A stretch of 64,000 nt of DNA from an uncultured Verrucomicrobiae bacterium (GTDB lineage Bacteria > Verrucomicrobiota > Verrucomicrobiia > Limisphaerales > Palsa-1400), in NCBI GenBank assembly GCA_963702845.1, contig OY969763.1, forward strand, positions 4,800,001 to 4,864,000, written 5' to 3'. The notes under the pieces were generated by a model. The model saw nothing but the letters and a program-made list of their open reading frames with translations, did not search any database and was not told where the DNA came from. This document shows positions 11,235 to 21,632 of the stretch, in pieces (positions within the stretch are counted from its first letter, which is position 1; each line of letters begins with the position of its first letter). The position numbers were made by a program, and so were the translations under genes.

Positions 11235-12381
11235 ATGTTCGAAAACATCAAAGCGCAGACCGCCGCCGCCGCTGACAAGCTCGCGCATTTACGGAGGTTT
11301 CTTTGAAGTCCCCAGCGTGCAAAAGCGCCTCGGCGAACTCGACGCCTTGATGGCCCAGGACACCTTCTGGAATAACCGCGAAAAAGCGCAGGGGCTGATC
11401 GACGAGGCCAATGTGCTTCGTAAAAAAATCGACCCCTTGGTCAAAGCCGAACGGCAAGTCGAGGATTTCAAGGTCATGACCGAATTGGCCGAGGCCGAAC
11501 CGGAGTCCGAACAGGCCAAATACGAGCAGCAGATGGACCGTGAAGTGGCGGGCTTTCTCAAAGAGCTTGATAAGCTGGAACTGAAAGTTTTCCTGACCGG
11601 GCCGCACGATAAGAATAATTGCATCTTGAGCATCAACGCCGGCGCAGGCGGCACCGAAGCGTGCGATTGGGCCGATATCCTGTTGCGCATGTATCAACGC
11701 TGGTGCGAATTGCGCGGCTGGAAAACCGACGTCACGGATTTGCTAACCGGCGAAACCGCCGGTGTGAAGAGCGCGACGATGTTGGTGGAAGGCGAGTCTG
11801 CATACGGCTTTTGCAAAGCGGAACGCGGTGTCCATCGACTCGTGCGCATTTCGCCGTTCGATTCGAACAAGCGTCGGCACACCAGTTTCGCGAGCGTTGA
11901 TTGCATCGCGGAAATTGAAGAGACCAGTTCGGACATTGTCATTCCGCCTGGCGATTTGCACGTCGACACCTATCGCTCTGGCGGCAAAGGCGGCCAGAAC
12001 GTGAACAAGGTTGAAACAGCCGTCCGCATCACGCACTTGCCGACGGGCATTGTGGCGGCGTCGCAGACGCAACGGTCGCAGCACCAGAATCGCGCGACGG
12101 CCATGCGCATGGTGATTTCGAAGTTGTACGCCAAACGGCTCGACGAACAAAAAGCCGACATGGAACGGTTTTACGGCGAAAAAGGCGCGATCGGCTGGGG
12201 ACATCAGATTCGCACTTACGTGTTTCAGCCGTATCGAATGGTGAAAGATTTGCGGACCGGCGTTGAAACCAGCAACGTCCAGGGCGTGATTGATGGCGAC
12301 CTGGATCCGTTTGTCAATGCGTGGTTGCGCGCCGGTTGTCCGACCAAACGAATGGCCGGCGTGAAGGACGAGGAAGAATGA
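11235..12381 (+). CDS. prfB: Peptide chain release factor 2, with programmed +1 frameshift at CTT-TGA (11301-11306)
   Basis: 23-codon leader ends in CTT TGA with internal SD GGAGG at 11293-11297; +1 frame has SPF and GGQ motifs. Confidence 0.97.
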
Positions 12382-13175
12382 ACATTCTCGACCAAATCGT
12401 CGCGCACAAACGCACTGAAGTAGCGCGCTTGCCGCAGATGAAAGTCACCGGGGCGAGCTTGCGTGCGGCTTTGGATAAACGCGGTCGACGCGATTTTTTT
12501 GCCGCGCTGCAAAAGCCGCGCTGTGGAACGGTCGGCCTAATTGCTGAAGTCAAAAAAGCTTCACCATCGGCTGGCGTGATTTGTCCGAACTTTGATGCGG
12601 TTCGCATTGCTAAAGAATACGAAGCAGCAGGTGCATCGTGTCTTTCGGTGCTGACGGATGAGAAATTTTTCCAGGGCTCACTCGAGTATCTGAAACAAAT
12701 CCGTGCGGCGGTGAATCTGCCGTTGTTGCGCAAAGATTTCGTGGTGGACGAACGGCAAATTGCCGAAGCGATCGAATGGGGTGCAGATGCGGTGTTGTTG
12801 ATTGTGGCGTGTTTGTCCGACGCGGAGCTGAAGCACTTCCACGATTTGGCCACAGAAGCAGGGCTGACCGCGCTGGTTGAGGTTCATGATGAAGCGGAAC
12901 TGGACCGCGCACTTGCTATCAACGTGCGATTGGTCGGGGTGAATAATCGAAACCTCAAAACTTTGGCGATTGATTTGGCGACGACGGAACGGCTCGCCAC
13001 GAAATTATTTGCGACCAGAAAAGACGCGTTGCTCGTCGCAGAAAGCGGACTGAAGACGCGGGCCGACATCGAGCGCGTTGAGCGTGCCGGAGCAAAAGCG
13101 ATTCTTGTCGGTGAGTCGTTGATTAAAGATCCGGCGACGATGCGCCAAAAGATCGCCGGACTGCTCGGGATTTAG
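12378..13175 (+). CDS. trpC: Indole-3-glycerol phosphate synthase
   Basis: [32 protein letters not shown]. Confidence 0.96.
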   Translation: MNILDQIVAHKRTEVARLPQMKVTGASLRAALDKRGRRDFFAALQKPRCGTVGLIAEVKKASPSAGVICPNFDAVRIAKEYEAAGASCLSVLTDEKFFQGSLEYLKQIRAAVNLPLLRKDFVVDERQIAEAIEWGADAVLLIVACLSDAELKHFHDLATEAGLTALVEVHDEAELDRALAINVRLVGVNNRNLKTLAIDLATTERLATKLFATRKDALLVAESGLKTRADIERVERAGAKAILVGESLIKDPATMRQKIAGLLGI

Positions 13176-14560
13176 TTCTTTTTTGCGACCTGCTGTTTGG
13201 CAGTAACATCGCGTTGTGCGTCGAGCTTGTCCAACTCGAGACACACGTTTTTCTTGTGGGAAGCGACGCGAGCCATGTGTGGACCGCGGAAAATCTTTGG
13301 ACCACGATCGCGCTCATGCAGGTAATTCTGCAAGGTCGTGATATAGCCCAAAACAATTTTGTTCAACTCCGGTGCGCAATGCCATCGTAGCAACTGCAAT
13401 CCGCCGAGCGTTCGGCCAATCGCCTCCGTTTCAGCAGCGGGTTCCCAATGTTGGATGACTTCCTGCAACGTGATTTCCGCAGCGGCCGGCATACGATCCG
13501 CGGTCACGTGGACTTCGACCGGGACATCGAGCAAGTCTTGCAAACGCTTGCGCGATTCTTCCATGGTCCATTTTTCCGTCGCCTGACTACCGGCAAAACT
13601 GACGCAGGTAAGCGCCCACCATTTCTCGACGTCGAGGAGTTTTTGGAAATGCGGGCGGAAAGCAGCCAGGAATGTGAACTGCCAGTTCTGATAAGCCGGC
13701 AGTGCCAGAATCATGTTTTGCAACTCGGCGCGACCGCGTCTGAGGTGTAATAGTTGGTGAACAAGCAACTGCGCGCTGTCGCGATAAATCCCAGCACTAC
13801 GACCGCCCGCATTCTCTTCGTCTGGCCAGCTCAGCGATTGAAACGAGAGCGCCTGTTCATGACGCAAATGTTCGCGCACGAGATCCAGCGCATCGAGTTT
13901 GATGCGATTGCCAAGCAGCGTGACTTTTTCCTGAACCAGAAAGGTCGGCAGGTTAAACGCACGCAGATGAGCGGTCATACCTTCAACGAGCCAAAGGGGA
14001 ACTTCGGCCAATTCGCAGTTGGAATTGCGATTGGCCATCTCGAGCAGGAGAACGTGGACGAGCGAGCGCAGGAGGCGGTCAGGCTTTGCTTTTTTTGGAA
14101 GCTCCAATTCGTACATCCAACCGTCGCGGTGAAGTGTTGCAATGAGGAACGGTTCCTCTCCTTCTGGCAGGGCCGAGTTAATGGCGATTTCAATGCGACC
14201 GCGCCATGCGTCGCCCGCGCCCAACTCGAATAACAGCGCGTCCTTCAAACGTTCGCAACCGATGGCCAGTAAAGCGGGGTCGACCTCGACAAATTCGACG
14301 CTGGAAGTAGCCCGGCGCGGCGGTGGCTGGAGTGCCAAAGCCCACGTGCCGGCGAGCGGAATTTTCGTCGAGTCAGCCGGTCGTGCGATACTGCGTTGCA
14401 TCATCGCGCAGACCGTGAACTGACCTGACCGGCTTTTGCTGTTCCGGACTTTTTGCAGTGCTTCCTGAAGTTCTTTTAGGTTGCCGACATTGGGAGCACC
14501 TTGGGCGAAAGCAGAACCGACGACACAGCAGGCGGTAATTAGTATCGTCAGGAATTTCAT
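13172..14560 (-). CDS. Secreted hypothetical protein with a degenerate peptidase-MA-like segment
   Basis: Signal peptide from ATG 14560; VPLWLVEGM motif but no intact HExxH. Confidence 0.6.
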   Translation of the reverse strand: MKFLTILITACCVVGSAFAQGAPNVGNLKELQEALQKVRNSKSRSGQFTVCAMMQRSIARPADSTKIPLAGTWALALQPPPRRATSSVEFVEVDPALLAIGCERLKDALLFELGAGDAWRGRIEIAINSALPEGEEPFLIATLHRDGWMYELELPKKAKPDRLLRSLVHVLLLEMANRNSNCELAEVPLWLVEGMTAHLRAFNLPTFLVQEKVTLLGNRIKLDALDLVREHLRHEQALSFQSLSWPDEENAGGRSAGIYRDSAQLLVHQLLHLRRGRAELQNMILALPAYQNWQFTFLAAFRPHFQKLLDVEKWWALTCVSFAGSQATEKWTMEESRKRLQDLLDVPVEVHVTADRMPAAAEITLQEVIQHWEPAAETEAIGRTLGGLQLLRWHCAPELNKIVLGYITTLQNYLHERDRGPKIFRGPHMARVASHKKNVCLELDKLDAQRDVTAKQQVAKKN

Positions 14561-14615
14561 GTAACAACCTTGGCAAGAGTATAGGTTGAACGGGGTGGTT
14601 GAAACAAGGTTAGAC

Positions 14616-14643
14616 AAAAAGCCCGCTGTTTCCAGCGGGCTTT
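14616..14643 (-). terminator. Intrinsic terminator, the original host terminator of the tRNA-Met gene
   Basis: Stem GCCCGCTG/CAGCGGGC with T tract on the minus strand, directly after the duplicated tRNA 3' end. Confidence 0.85.
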
Positions 14644-14697
14644 CAATTGGTTGCGGGGCTGGGATTTGAACCCAGGACCTTCAGGTTATGAGCCTGA
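14643..14697. repeat. att site of element 1 (displaced tRNA-Met 3' portion)
   Basis: 55-bp exact direct repeat of 43654..43708. Confidence 0.95.
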
Positions 14698-14859
14698 ATT
14701 TAAAACGCGGTTTTGTTGACTTTCCTAGCTATTTAGCTGTTTTTGGTGCGATGTGTTTGTGGATTTGTTTGTTTTTTGCTTGCTGGTGTTCGCCTTTTTT
14801 CTGTATGGTTGTCAGCGTTACAAACGTAACGGGAAAACCAAATACACAGGAAAAAAGCT

Positions 14860-16290
14860 ATGCCTCTGGAATTTCGAAAGCAACGTGACGGTACTTTGCG
14901 CGATGTCTGGTTCGGTGCCTTTGAAGTGAACGGCAAACGTTCCGCCGTCAATCTCGGGGTGAAGATCGCGGGCGTTCCCCCACCCTCTCTCTCGCTCAAG
15001 GATCGGGGCGATACGGACTTTGAAGTGTCGCGCGCTAATGCGCTGTCGAAGTTGAATGGCATCGTGGATGAGGCGCGGTCGCAGCGCTCTTCGGAGCGGC
15101 TGGTGGAGAAGCTGTATGAGATTAAGACAGGCGAGCAGATTAAGTCGGTAAAGCTTTCGGACCTGGGCGCTGAGTGGGAGAAGATTCCGCGCAGGCGCAA
15201 ACCGGATGACCGCTACGCTTCGCAATGCAAGTCGCGGCTGGAGAAGTTTGCGACGTTCATTCGTGCGGAGAACTCCAAGGCTGACGAGATCGCGCATGTG
15301 ACGCGGACGACGGCGCGGGCGTTCCTGGATTCGGAAACCAAGCGCGGCGTCACAGCTAAGACGTGGAATGATTCGCTAGTGCTGCTGCGGGCGACGTTCC
15401 AACAGCTTATGCCGGCGGGGAGCATCAATCCGTTTTCCGGTATTCCAACGAAGGAGATTGAAACGGTTTTTCGCAAGCCGTTCACGCCGGAAGAACTCAA
15501 GGCGATCCTAAAGGCGGCCAAGGGCGATAAGTTTATCCGGCCGATTATCATTGCTGGCGTTTGCACGGCGATGCGGCGCGGCGATTGTTGTTTGCTGAAA
15601 GGGTCGGATGTGGATTTGAAAAACCGATTCATTTCGGTGAAAACGGCGAAGACGGGTGAGACGGTGAGCATTCCGATTTTTCCGGCGCTCTACGACGTTC
15701 TGAAGAAAGCGCTAAAGACCATCAAGGATCAGGCTGGATTCGTTTTCCCAAAGCAGGCGGCGATGTATACAGAGAATCCCGACGGCATTACGTGGCGGGT
15801 GCGCAAGGTTCTCGCCCTAGCTGGATTTAAGGACACGGAGAATGAAGATGAAGGGAAGGCAGAGACTGAGGATGAAAAGCCCGGTATTGGCAAGCTGGTG
15901 AAGGTGAACGGGGCTTTGGATGTGGCCAAGACAAACGGAAACGGCGCGGTGCATCGGGGCGAGATTCATGCGGAGCGCAATGGCGGGCTGCGTCGGGCAT
16001 CAGTGCGCGACTTCCATAGCTTCCGTGTGACGTGGGTCACGCTGGCGCTCACTGCGGGTGTGCCGCTGGAGCTAGTGCAAAAGGTGACAGGGCACAAAAC
16101 GACGGACATTGTTTTGAAACATTACTTTCAGCCAGGGCGCGAGGATTTCCGGAAGGCGTTGCAATCGGCGATGCCGAAGCTGCTGACGAATGGGAAGAAG
16201 TCGCCGAAAGAGAAGTTGCGCGAGTTGATCAACAAGTCAAAGGAAGAGGAGCTTAAAAAACAAATGTTGGCGGAGTGGGAGAAGCTGTAA
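14860..16290 (+). CDS. Tyrosine recombinase / phage integrase
   Basis: TAMRRGD, DFHSFR, TGHKT..VLKHY catalytic residues; next to att. Confidence 0.93.
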   Translation: MPLEFRKQRDGTLRDVWFGAFEVNGKRSAVNLGVKIAGVPPPSLSLKDRGDTDFEVSRANALSKLNGIVDEARSQRSSERLVEKLYEIKTGEQIKSVKLSDLGAEWEKIPRRRKPDDRYASQCKSRLEKFATFIRAENSKADEIAHVTRTTARAFLDSETKRGVTAKTWNDSLVLLRATFQQLMPAGSINPFSGIPTKEIETVFRKPFTPEELKAILKAAKGDKFIRPIIIAGVCTAMRRGDCCLLKGSDVDLKNRFISVKTAKTGETVSIPIFPALYDVLKKALKTIKDQAGFVFPKQAAMYTENPDGITWRVRKVLALAGFKDTENEDEGKAETEDEKPGIGKLVKVNGALDVAKTNGNGAVHRGEIHAERNGGLRRASVRDFHSFRVTWVTLALTAGVPLELVQKVTGHKTTDIVLKHYFQPGREDFRKALQSAMPKLLTNGKKSPKEKLRELINKSKEEELKKQMLAEWEKL

Positions 16291-16414
16291 GAAGCCTTAG
16301 CCGCGTTGCCGGCGCTAAAGGCTAGTTGTGCTGCCGGCGCGGGGGAACTGGATGGCTTTGGAATTGCAAAACGGAGTTGTCAAAATAACATTCGCGTGTC
16401 CCGAAACAAATGAT

Positions 16415-16756
16415 ATGAAAAAGCTGCTGCTGTTTTTCCTTGTACTCTGCACCGCTTGTGCTTCAACCAATACCGTAGTTTTCGATTCCACCAAACGGCA
16501 GCCAAAGCAGAACGTGGACGTCCTGCCAGCAAATTCAACCCTGCCGAAATATAAGATTGTTGCGGCGTTTACAATGGACGGTCCTCTGGAAAATCAACTC
16601 AAAGCGACAAAATCCTTTTTAGATCAGACAAAGGCCTTGGGCGCGGATGCTCTCATATTGTCAGACCCTGACAATGGAGGGAGCAGAGGAACACCGGGAT
16701 TCGGAACATATCAGAATTGGGTGTTTAAAGGCACTGCGGTGGTTTACGAGAAGTAG
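16415..16756 (+). CDS. Putative lipoprotein
   Basis: MKKLLLFFLVLCTAC lipobox; LGADALI motif. Confidence 0.7.
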   Translation: MKKLLLFFLVLCTACASTNTVVFDSTKRQPKQNVDVLPANSTLPKYKIVAAFTMDGPLENQLKATKSFLDQTKALGADALILSDPDNGGSRGTPGFGTYQNWVFKGTAVVYEK

Positions 16757-16774
16757 CAATTTGGTGCCTCACGT

Positions 16775-17140
16775 ATGGCATTCGTTCTCATAGCACTCAT
16801 TGCGATGTATCCAGGCAGACGCCTTGGCTGGATGCTCTCCCGAGCTGTTTTGTATTCAGCGCCATCGGCCGTGGTCATCGTCGCGTGCATTATTTGGGGC
16901 GCGCTGATTGCATATCTGATTCACCTTCTTATTGGCTGGCAGCACCCGCACTGGATTCTGAAGAACATTTTCGGTTTTGCGTTGGGAGCTTACGTGTCCG
17001 TTCCGAATTACGGTCTGGTTGCAGAGTCCACAATCCCGCCGGAAGGCATCAAGAGGCATGAGTTGATCTCTCAACTCCCCATGTGGATTTTTATTCTATC
17101 ATCCGTTGGCTTTGCGTATTTGGCTCCTGCGCATTCTTGA
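16775..17140 (+). CDS. Hypothetical membrane protein
   Basis: Several hydrophobic helices. Confidence 0.6.
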   Translation: MAFVLIALIAMYPGRRLGWMLSRAVLYSAPSAVVIVACIIWGALIAYLIHLLIGWQHPHWILKNIFGFALGAYVSVPNYGLVAESTIPPEGIKRHELISQLPMWIFILSSVGFAYLAPAHS

Positions 17141-17167
17141 GGTCCGTTCTCGCTTTATTATCGAAGC

Positions 17168-17504
17168 CCCCAACAACTAGCCCGGCCGGCAATGAGGACA
17201 GGTTTTGTGGTTAGCTTCTCCGAGGATTTATGTCGGTACAGAAAAAGACCGATGGCGCGTCAGTTGTGCGTTACTCGGGATTGCCCAGATTCCAAGTTAG
17301 CGACGGAACGGATCGCTTGCACGGTTGCCCAGCCTCGCCATCGGTAGCCGCGGCGATGCTCACACCAGCACGAAACGTTGTCCAGAAAGCCAATGTAGAT
17401 TTTGTGTTACGGGAATGTGACATTGATGTGACCCGTGGCTCAATGCGGTCGTTGCGTTTGTTAGCGGATTCCCCAACAACTAGCCGGTCCGGCAATGAGG
17501 ACAG
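17168..17504. repeat. 34-bp imperfect direct repeat pair (17168..17201 and 17471..17504)
   Basis: CCCCAACAACTAGCC..CCGGCAATGAGGACAG, 32/34 identical. Confidence 0.85.
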
Positions 17505-17516
17505 AATCTGAACAGA

Positions 17517-18601
17517 TTAATTTTGCCAGACGAAGCGGCGTTTTAGGTCATTCAGTTGGTTAAATCGTATGACTTTGTCGTGCTGGAGCCGACCAACAAC
17601 GATTCCGGGTGCTATCTGCAGACCCGCGGCAAATTGCGTGACCGCACGCGCAGTAAAATCCCGACGTGTCACAAATGACGTGTACTTCTCTTGAGGAATC
17701 AGGAACTCAGCGGCGAATTTGTTCGCGTCAGCTTCGGTATCGTCTCCATCCTTTAAGCCTTCGACGAACACCGTGTTTTTAACTTCCTGCAGGACATGAC
17801 GGCCTTCGTGAAAAACGGTAAACCAGAAGTGATCGTCGGATTTGTAAAGGAGGCTCACCTGAACGATTGCCTTGTCTTTCGTCAGCCAATAGGTAGCGCC
17901 GCTAACCTTTAATTTTTTTAGCTCCGGTGTGAAAACGAGTGCCACGCCTGCTTCGGCACAGAGCTGCCGCATTTGCGGTTGAAATTCGGCGGCAGACTTC
18001 GTTGTGAGCGAACGAATCTGATCAAGTGCCGATTTGAAGGCATCCGCGTTGAAAGGCTTTGTCTCAATTTTCTGAGCGTCCAACTCGCCCTTGCGCAACC
18101 AAGCCGAAACTATACCGAGCTCGTTGGCGGCGAGTTTCGATTTTCGGAATGAGACAGAAACTTTCTCCCAATAAGTCTGCCAGTTGGCAGGCGAGGAAAC
18201 CCCATAATACGAGAGGGCATTGTGTACAGAACCTGCGAGGGTGTTTGACGCGTCAACCCAACCCTTTTGAACCATTTCCTTATATGGCAAGCGCTTCAAC
18301 CATTCGACTTCTGAAGCGAATTGGGTTTCCTGTGCCTTGCGAGCAAGGAACTCTTGATAGTTCGCGTCAAGGTTTAGCCAGAATGCTGCCGGAGTGCCTA
18401 AGGCGAGTTCAAGCTTTACCGCTGTTTCGGCAGTAATTGGGGCAACGCCTTGGATGATTTGGTTCACCGTTTTCCGGCTTAAGCCGACGCGGTCAGCTAG
18501 ATCCATCTGGGTCATGCCAAGGCACTCGAGCGTTTCCGCCAAGGTGTCCCCTGGGGGGTCCGGTCTTGCGGGTCGTATCGAATTGGTGCGTTCTTAGCCA
18601 T
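17517..18601 (-). CDS. higA: HigA-type XRE HTH fused to ImmA/IrrE (M78) metallopeptidase; apparent 1-bp deletion in the G run at 18553-18558
   Basis: PGDTLAETLE..MTQMDLADR HTH, FTVFHEGRH, EADANKFAAEFL; ATG 18601 overlaps the higB end. Confidence 0.85.
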
Positions 18602-18932
18602 GATAGTCAGTTATTTCGTTGATCATTACCGCTGTAACTTTCGACCAATCGAGTCCACCGTCGTCTTTACGTGGTATGGGGTCGTTGGCGGGCTCGAACA
18701 GCAAACGGTAGGGATGATCTAGGTCTACAGCCAACTGGCCTTTCAAATTGCCACTTAGCTCGTGACAACGTGGGCCAGGTATTTTCCGAATCATCTCCAA
18801 GTTCGTTAGCGCCACAAACTCGTCTAGTCTGCGGCGGAGCAGCTTGCCTCGCCTGTCTCCCCATTCCCGCTTCGCATCGTCCAGAGTTTCACAATGCTTA
18901 GCGAATTTCGATTTGCGAAAATATATATCCAC
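18594..18932 (-). CDS. higB: HigB/RelE-family toxin (killer-suppression type)
   Basis: RCHELSGNLKGQLAVDLDHPYRLLFEP...EITDYH. Confidence 0.88.
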   Translation of the reverse strand: MDIYFRKSKFAKHCETLDDAKREWGDRRGKLLRRRLDEFVALTNLEMIRKIPGPRCHELSGNLKGQLAVDLDHPYRLLFEPANDPIPRKDDGGLDWSKVTAVMINEITDYHG

Positions 18933-19104
18933 AAGATGCGGTATTCAACAAATTTGTTTACCTATTTGGTTACACATTTTTTTGCGCCGATGTGCGTGCT
19001 TAGAGCTCCTAGTGGACGAGCCTAAAATGTTTCGCGCTCGAGTCAACAGCGCACGTCACGGCCGATACTTATTTGCTGCCACCCACGGTGCGTTGCAATT
19101 GTCG

Positions 19105-19767
19105 TTATTCTGCCGTCGGTGGGTTTGGCTTTTGGTTGAGTGACCTTTGGACGGCTTCCTTAGCGCGTTTCATCTGCGCCTTATATTCGGGCGATTGCAA
19201 AATAGCGTTAAATTTTGCAAGCTTCTCCGCCGCTTCGGGGTCAACCGGAGGTACAATTCTTGAAAATTCGGACGACACCGTTCGAAGTTTTTCCTCATTC
19301 GGGAGGCCGTCGAATCTATAGAATTTGGTGTAGTCGTTTGTATAAACGAGATAGTGGAGCTTTATGGCTGCAGTTGGGATTGGGCCAACGTGGCAGACTT
19401 CCACGTATGGAATAACGTTTCCTTTGGTCCCGATTTTGTTGTCTGGATAGGGAATCAACTTCCCCGGCAGCTTATCGCGATCGAGTCCAAGGATTACTGT
19501 CATTGGGTTCGCACGACCGAGGAACTGGGTCCATTTTACTGACTCTCCGATGATAAGGTTTTCAGGTTCTGATTGAAAATCGAAGAGAGAGACAGCACGC
19601 AGTTCTTGGCAAGCGTAGCATCCGCCCAATTTGCTCCTTCCGTTATTGGGTTTGATAAAACCGTCGGTGCGGATTTGTCGGTATTCTTCCGGGCTAGTGC
19701 AATGCCACAGGTTGGAGCACCGTAGCTGTCGAAACAATGGGTGAGTTGATTCTAGCTCGCACCTCAT
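19105..19767 (-). CDS. Hypothetical protein, possibly ADP-ribosyltransferase-like fold
   Basis: LWHCTS..I..DGFIKP, VSLFD, EVCHVGPIP; ATGA overlap with the upstream gene. Confidence 0.5.
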   Translation of the reverse strand: MRCELESTHPLFRQLRCSNLWHCTSPEEYRQIRTDGFIKPNNGRSKLGGCYACQELRAVSLFDFQSEPENLIIGESVKWTQFLGRANPMTVILGLDRDKLPGKLIPYPDNKIGTKGNVIPYVEVCHVGPIPTAAIKLHYLVYTNDYTKFYRFDGLPNEEKLRTVSSEFSRIVPPVDPEAAEKLAKFNAILQSPEYKAQMKRAKEAVQRSLNQKPNPPTAE

Positions 19768-20455
19768 TTTCGTAAAGCGTCGAGGGGGACCCAGTCGCCG
19801 GGGGCGCGTTGGTATTGCCAAAATTGCCAACCGTTGCACGTTCGACGCTTGTATGCGTGGGCTCCTGCAAGCGATGGGGACGTGAAGTGCTTTCCGTCAT
19901 ACCAATCAGCCCAGTCTTGCGCACGTAAGCTCTGTGCGTTTTGCCCTTGTGCCGCGCGCGGATTGTCATGGCACCACTTATGTAGTCGGCAAGGATGGGT
20001 TTTCGCCCGTCGGTTTCGACTGCTTTGACCGGACGCGGCGCACGTTTTGACGTCGTGCCCATTAGTTCCTGCATTTCCAATTCCCATGAAGATTTGACGT
20101 CGCCTTTGAATTTGCGATGGAGGTCTTCAGATTTGGCGAACTTGCCCTTCTGCAAGTTGCCTTTGGTTGTAATGATGCGCAGCAGCAATGCTTCAAGTTC
20201 TCGGAGGTGACTGTCGCCGATGGTGAAGTAAACGCTAAAGCGGTCCCACGATTGGCCGTGTCGATCTTTGAGATGGTGGCCTAACCGTGAACGCAGATTT
20301 GAAGCCAATCCGACGTAATAGAGTTTGTCGCGGCGGTAGAGGGCGTAAACACCGTGGCGTTTGCGGACGTAATCGCGGATGATGTGTTGGTATTTTTCCA
20401 ACCCATTGCGCGAGATGTTTTCAAGATGCTGGCAAACGAGAGGCGTCCGTTTCAT
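19764..20455 (-). CDS. GIY-YIG nuclease fused to RAMA/DUF4357-like domain, apparent frameshift near 19903
   Basis: GVYALY..LYYVGLA.NLRSRL..H in ORF 19694..20650; YDGKHFTSPSLAG...NGWQFW in ORF 19764..20087. Confidence 0.75.
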
Positions 20456-20845
20456 AGTTGTCCGTGGTCCGAAGCGAGGTTGCGAGAACAGCCTTAAAAA
20501 CACCAGAGGAATTGCGCGCGAACGCCAGATGCTATGACACGAAAGAAGTTGGTTGCGTTCCCGATTATGTGGAACTACAGCGCCACGTCCACTCCAATCG
20601 TTCTCGCTGAAAACAGTCGCCGAAACTGCGAAATGGTGTGCAAGGAGCACAATCGGGAGAAAGGAGGAAATAGAGGCTTGGAAGTTGCAGCAAAAAAGCG
20701 GCGGTGAATAACTTTTGACTCGGAAAGTGGTTTTGTTTACACCGTTGTCTCAAGCCAACCGAAAAGCCCCTGTGGGAGCGTTTTCTCACGCCAGCGGGTG
20801 ACGGGTGGATGCGTATCAACCATAACGCAACAGAAGGAAAAAAGC

Positions 20846-21632
20846 TTGGGACATGAGCAAATAGGCAGACTTCGGAAATCCGCGAGCTGGAACAAGGTCG
20901 TTTCGCTTATTACGAACGGGGCGGACGTGGCGAAGGTGGCGGAGGCTACGAGTCAAGCGCTGGAAAAGTCGCTGCTCTATGTGCAGAATGATGCCGGGTT
21001 CAAAGAAGCGGTCCATTTAATGACGCAGCTTGCCGTTGCTGGAACCAAGAAAGATCCCGCTGAACACCTCGCATCGGTCGGTATTGTGCTTTCACCTAAA
21101 ACTTCAGTGGCCGATGTGGTGGCGGCGGTGACGGAGGCTTTGGATCAGAACGTAGATGCTACGGGAAAGAGGTCTGATTTCAGCGAATGCGCGCATCGGG
21201 CGCTGATTGGCACTCTTAGCCAGTATCTGAGCAACAATCAAACGACGCTGTTCGAATCCAGCCACGAAGATGTGAGTTCCGCCCTCAATTCTCTACGAAA
21301 AGAAAAAGCGTTCGGAGAGTTTTCGAAATCCTTTTTTGGGAAATTGACGAACGAATGCATGGATTACTTCCTTTCGAAAACGCTGGCGACGCATGTCGGA
21401 GAAGGGCAGCAATTTGCCACGATGAACCAGATGGCGCAGTTCGAGGCGGGCTTATCTAAACATTGTAGCGAGGTGGCGGTGATCGTGGAGAAGGTACAGC
21501 AAGGAATGGTTTTCAAAGAACCTGCGTGAAGGGAAAGGTGATATTACGAAAGATGTCGCTGAAGGGTTTGGCTGGTATGGCGTGAAAAAGATTCAAGATG
21601 CATTGAAGGAAAGGCCGAGCGATGGAAAATGA
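20846..21632 (+). CDS. QatB-like helical partner of the QueC-family protein, apparent +1 frameshift near 21494
   Basis: TTG start with AAGGA upstream gives MGHEQIGRL..W.KVV.LI; shifted frame continues YSKEWFSK..GFGWYGVKKI to TGA overlapping the next ATG. Confidence 0.6.

Noticed and set aside
14643..14697. Second tRNA-Met gene
   Set aside because: Lacks the 5' acceptor strand and D arm; it is the att duplicate.
14860..16290. Integrase as the integron integrase for the cassettes
   Set aside because: It sits at the tRNA att site more than 16 kb from the arrays, and I do not see IntI-type motifs. A formal IntI HMM test is still needed.
17168..17504. CRISPR array
   Set aside because: Only two repeat copies about 270 bp apart, no regular spacers and no cas genes. 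The same applies to the 36-bp portal repeat.
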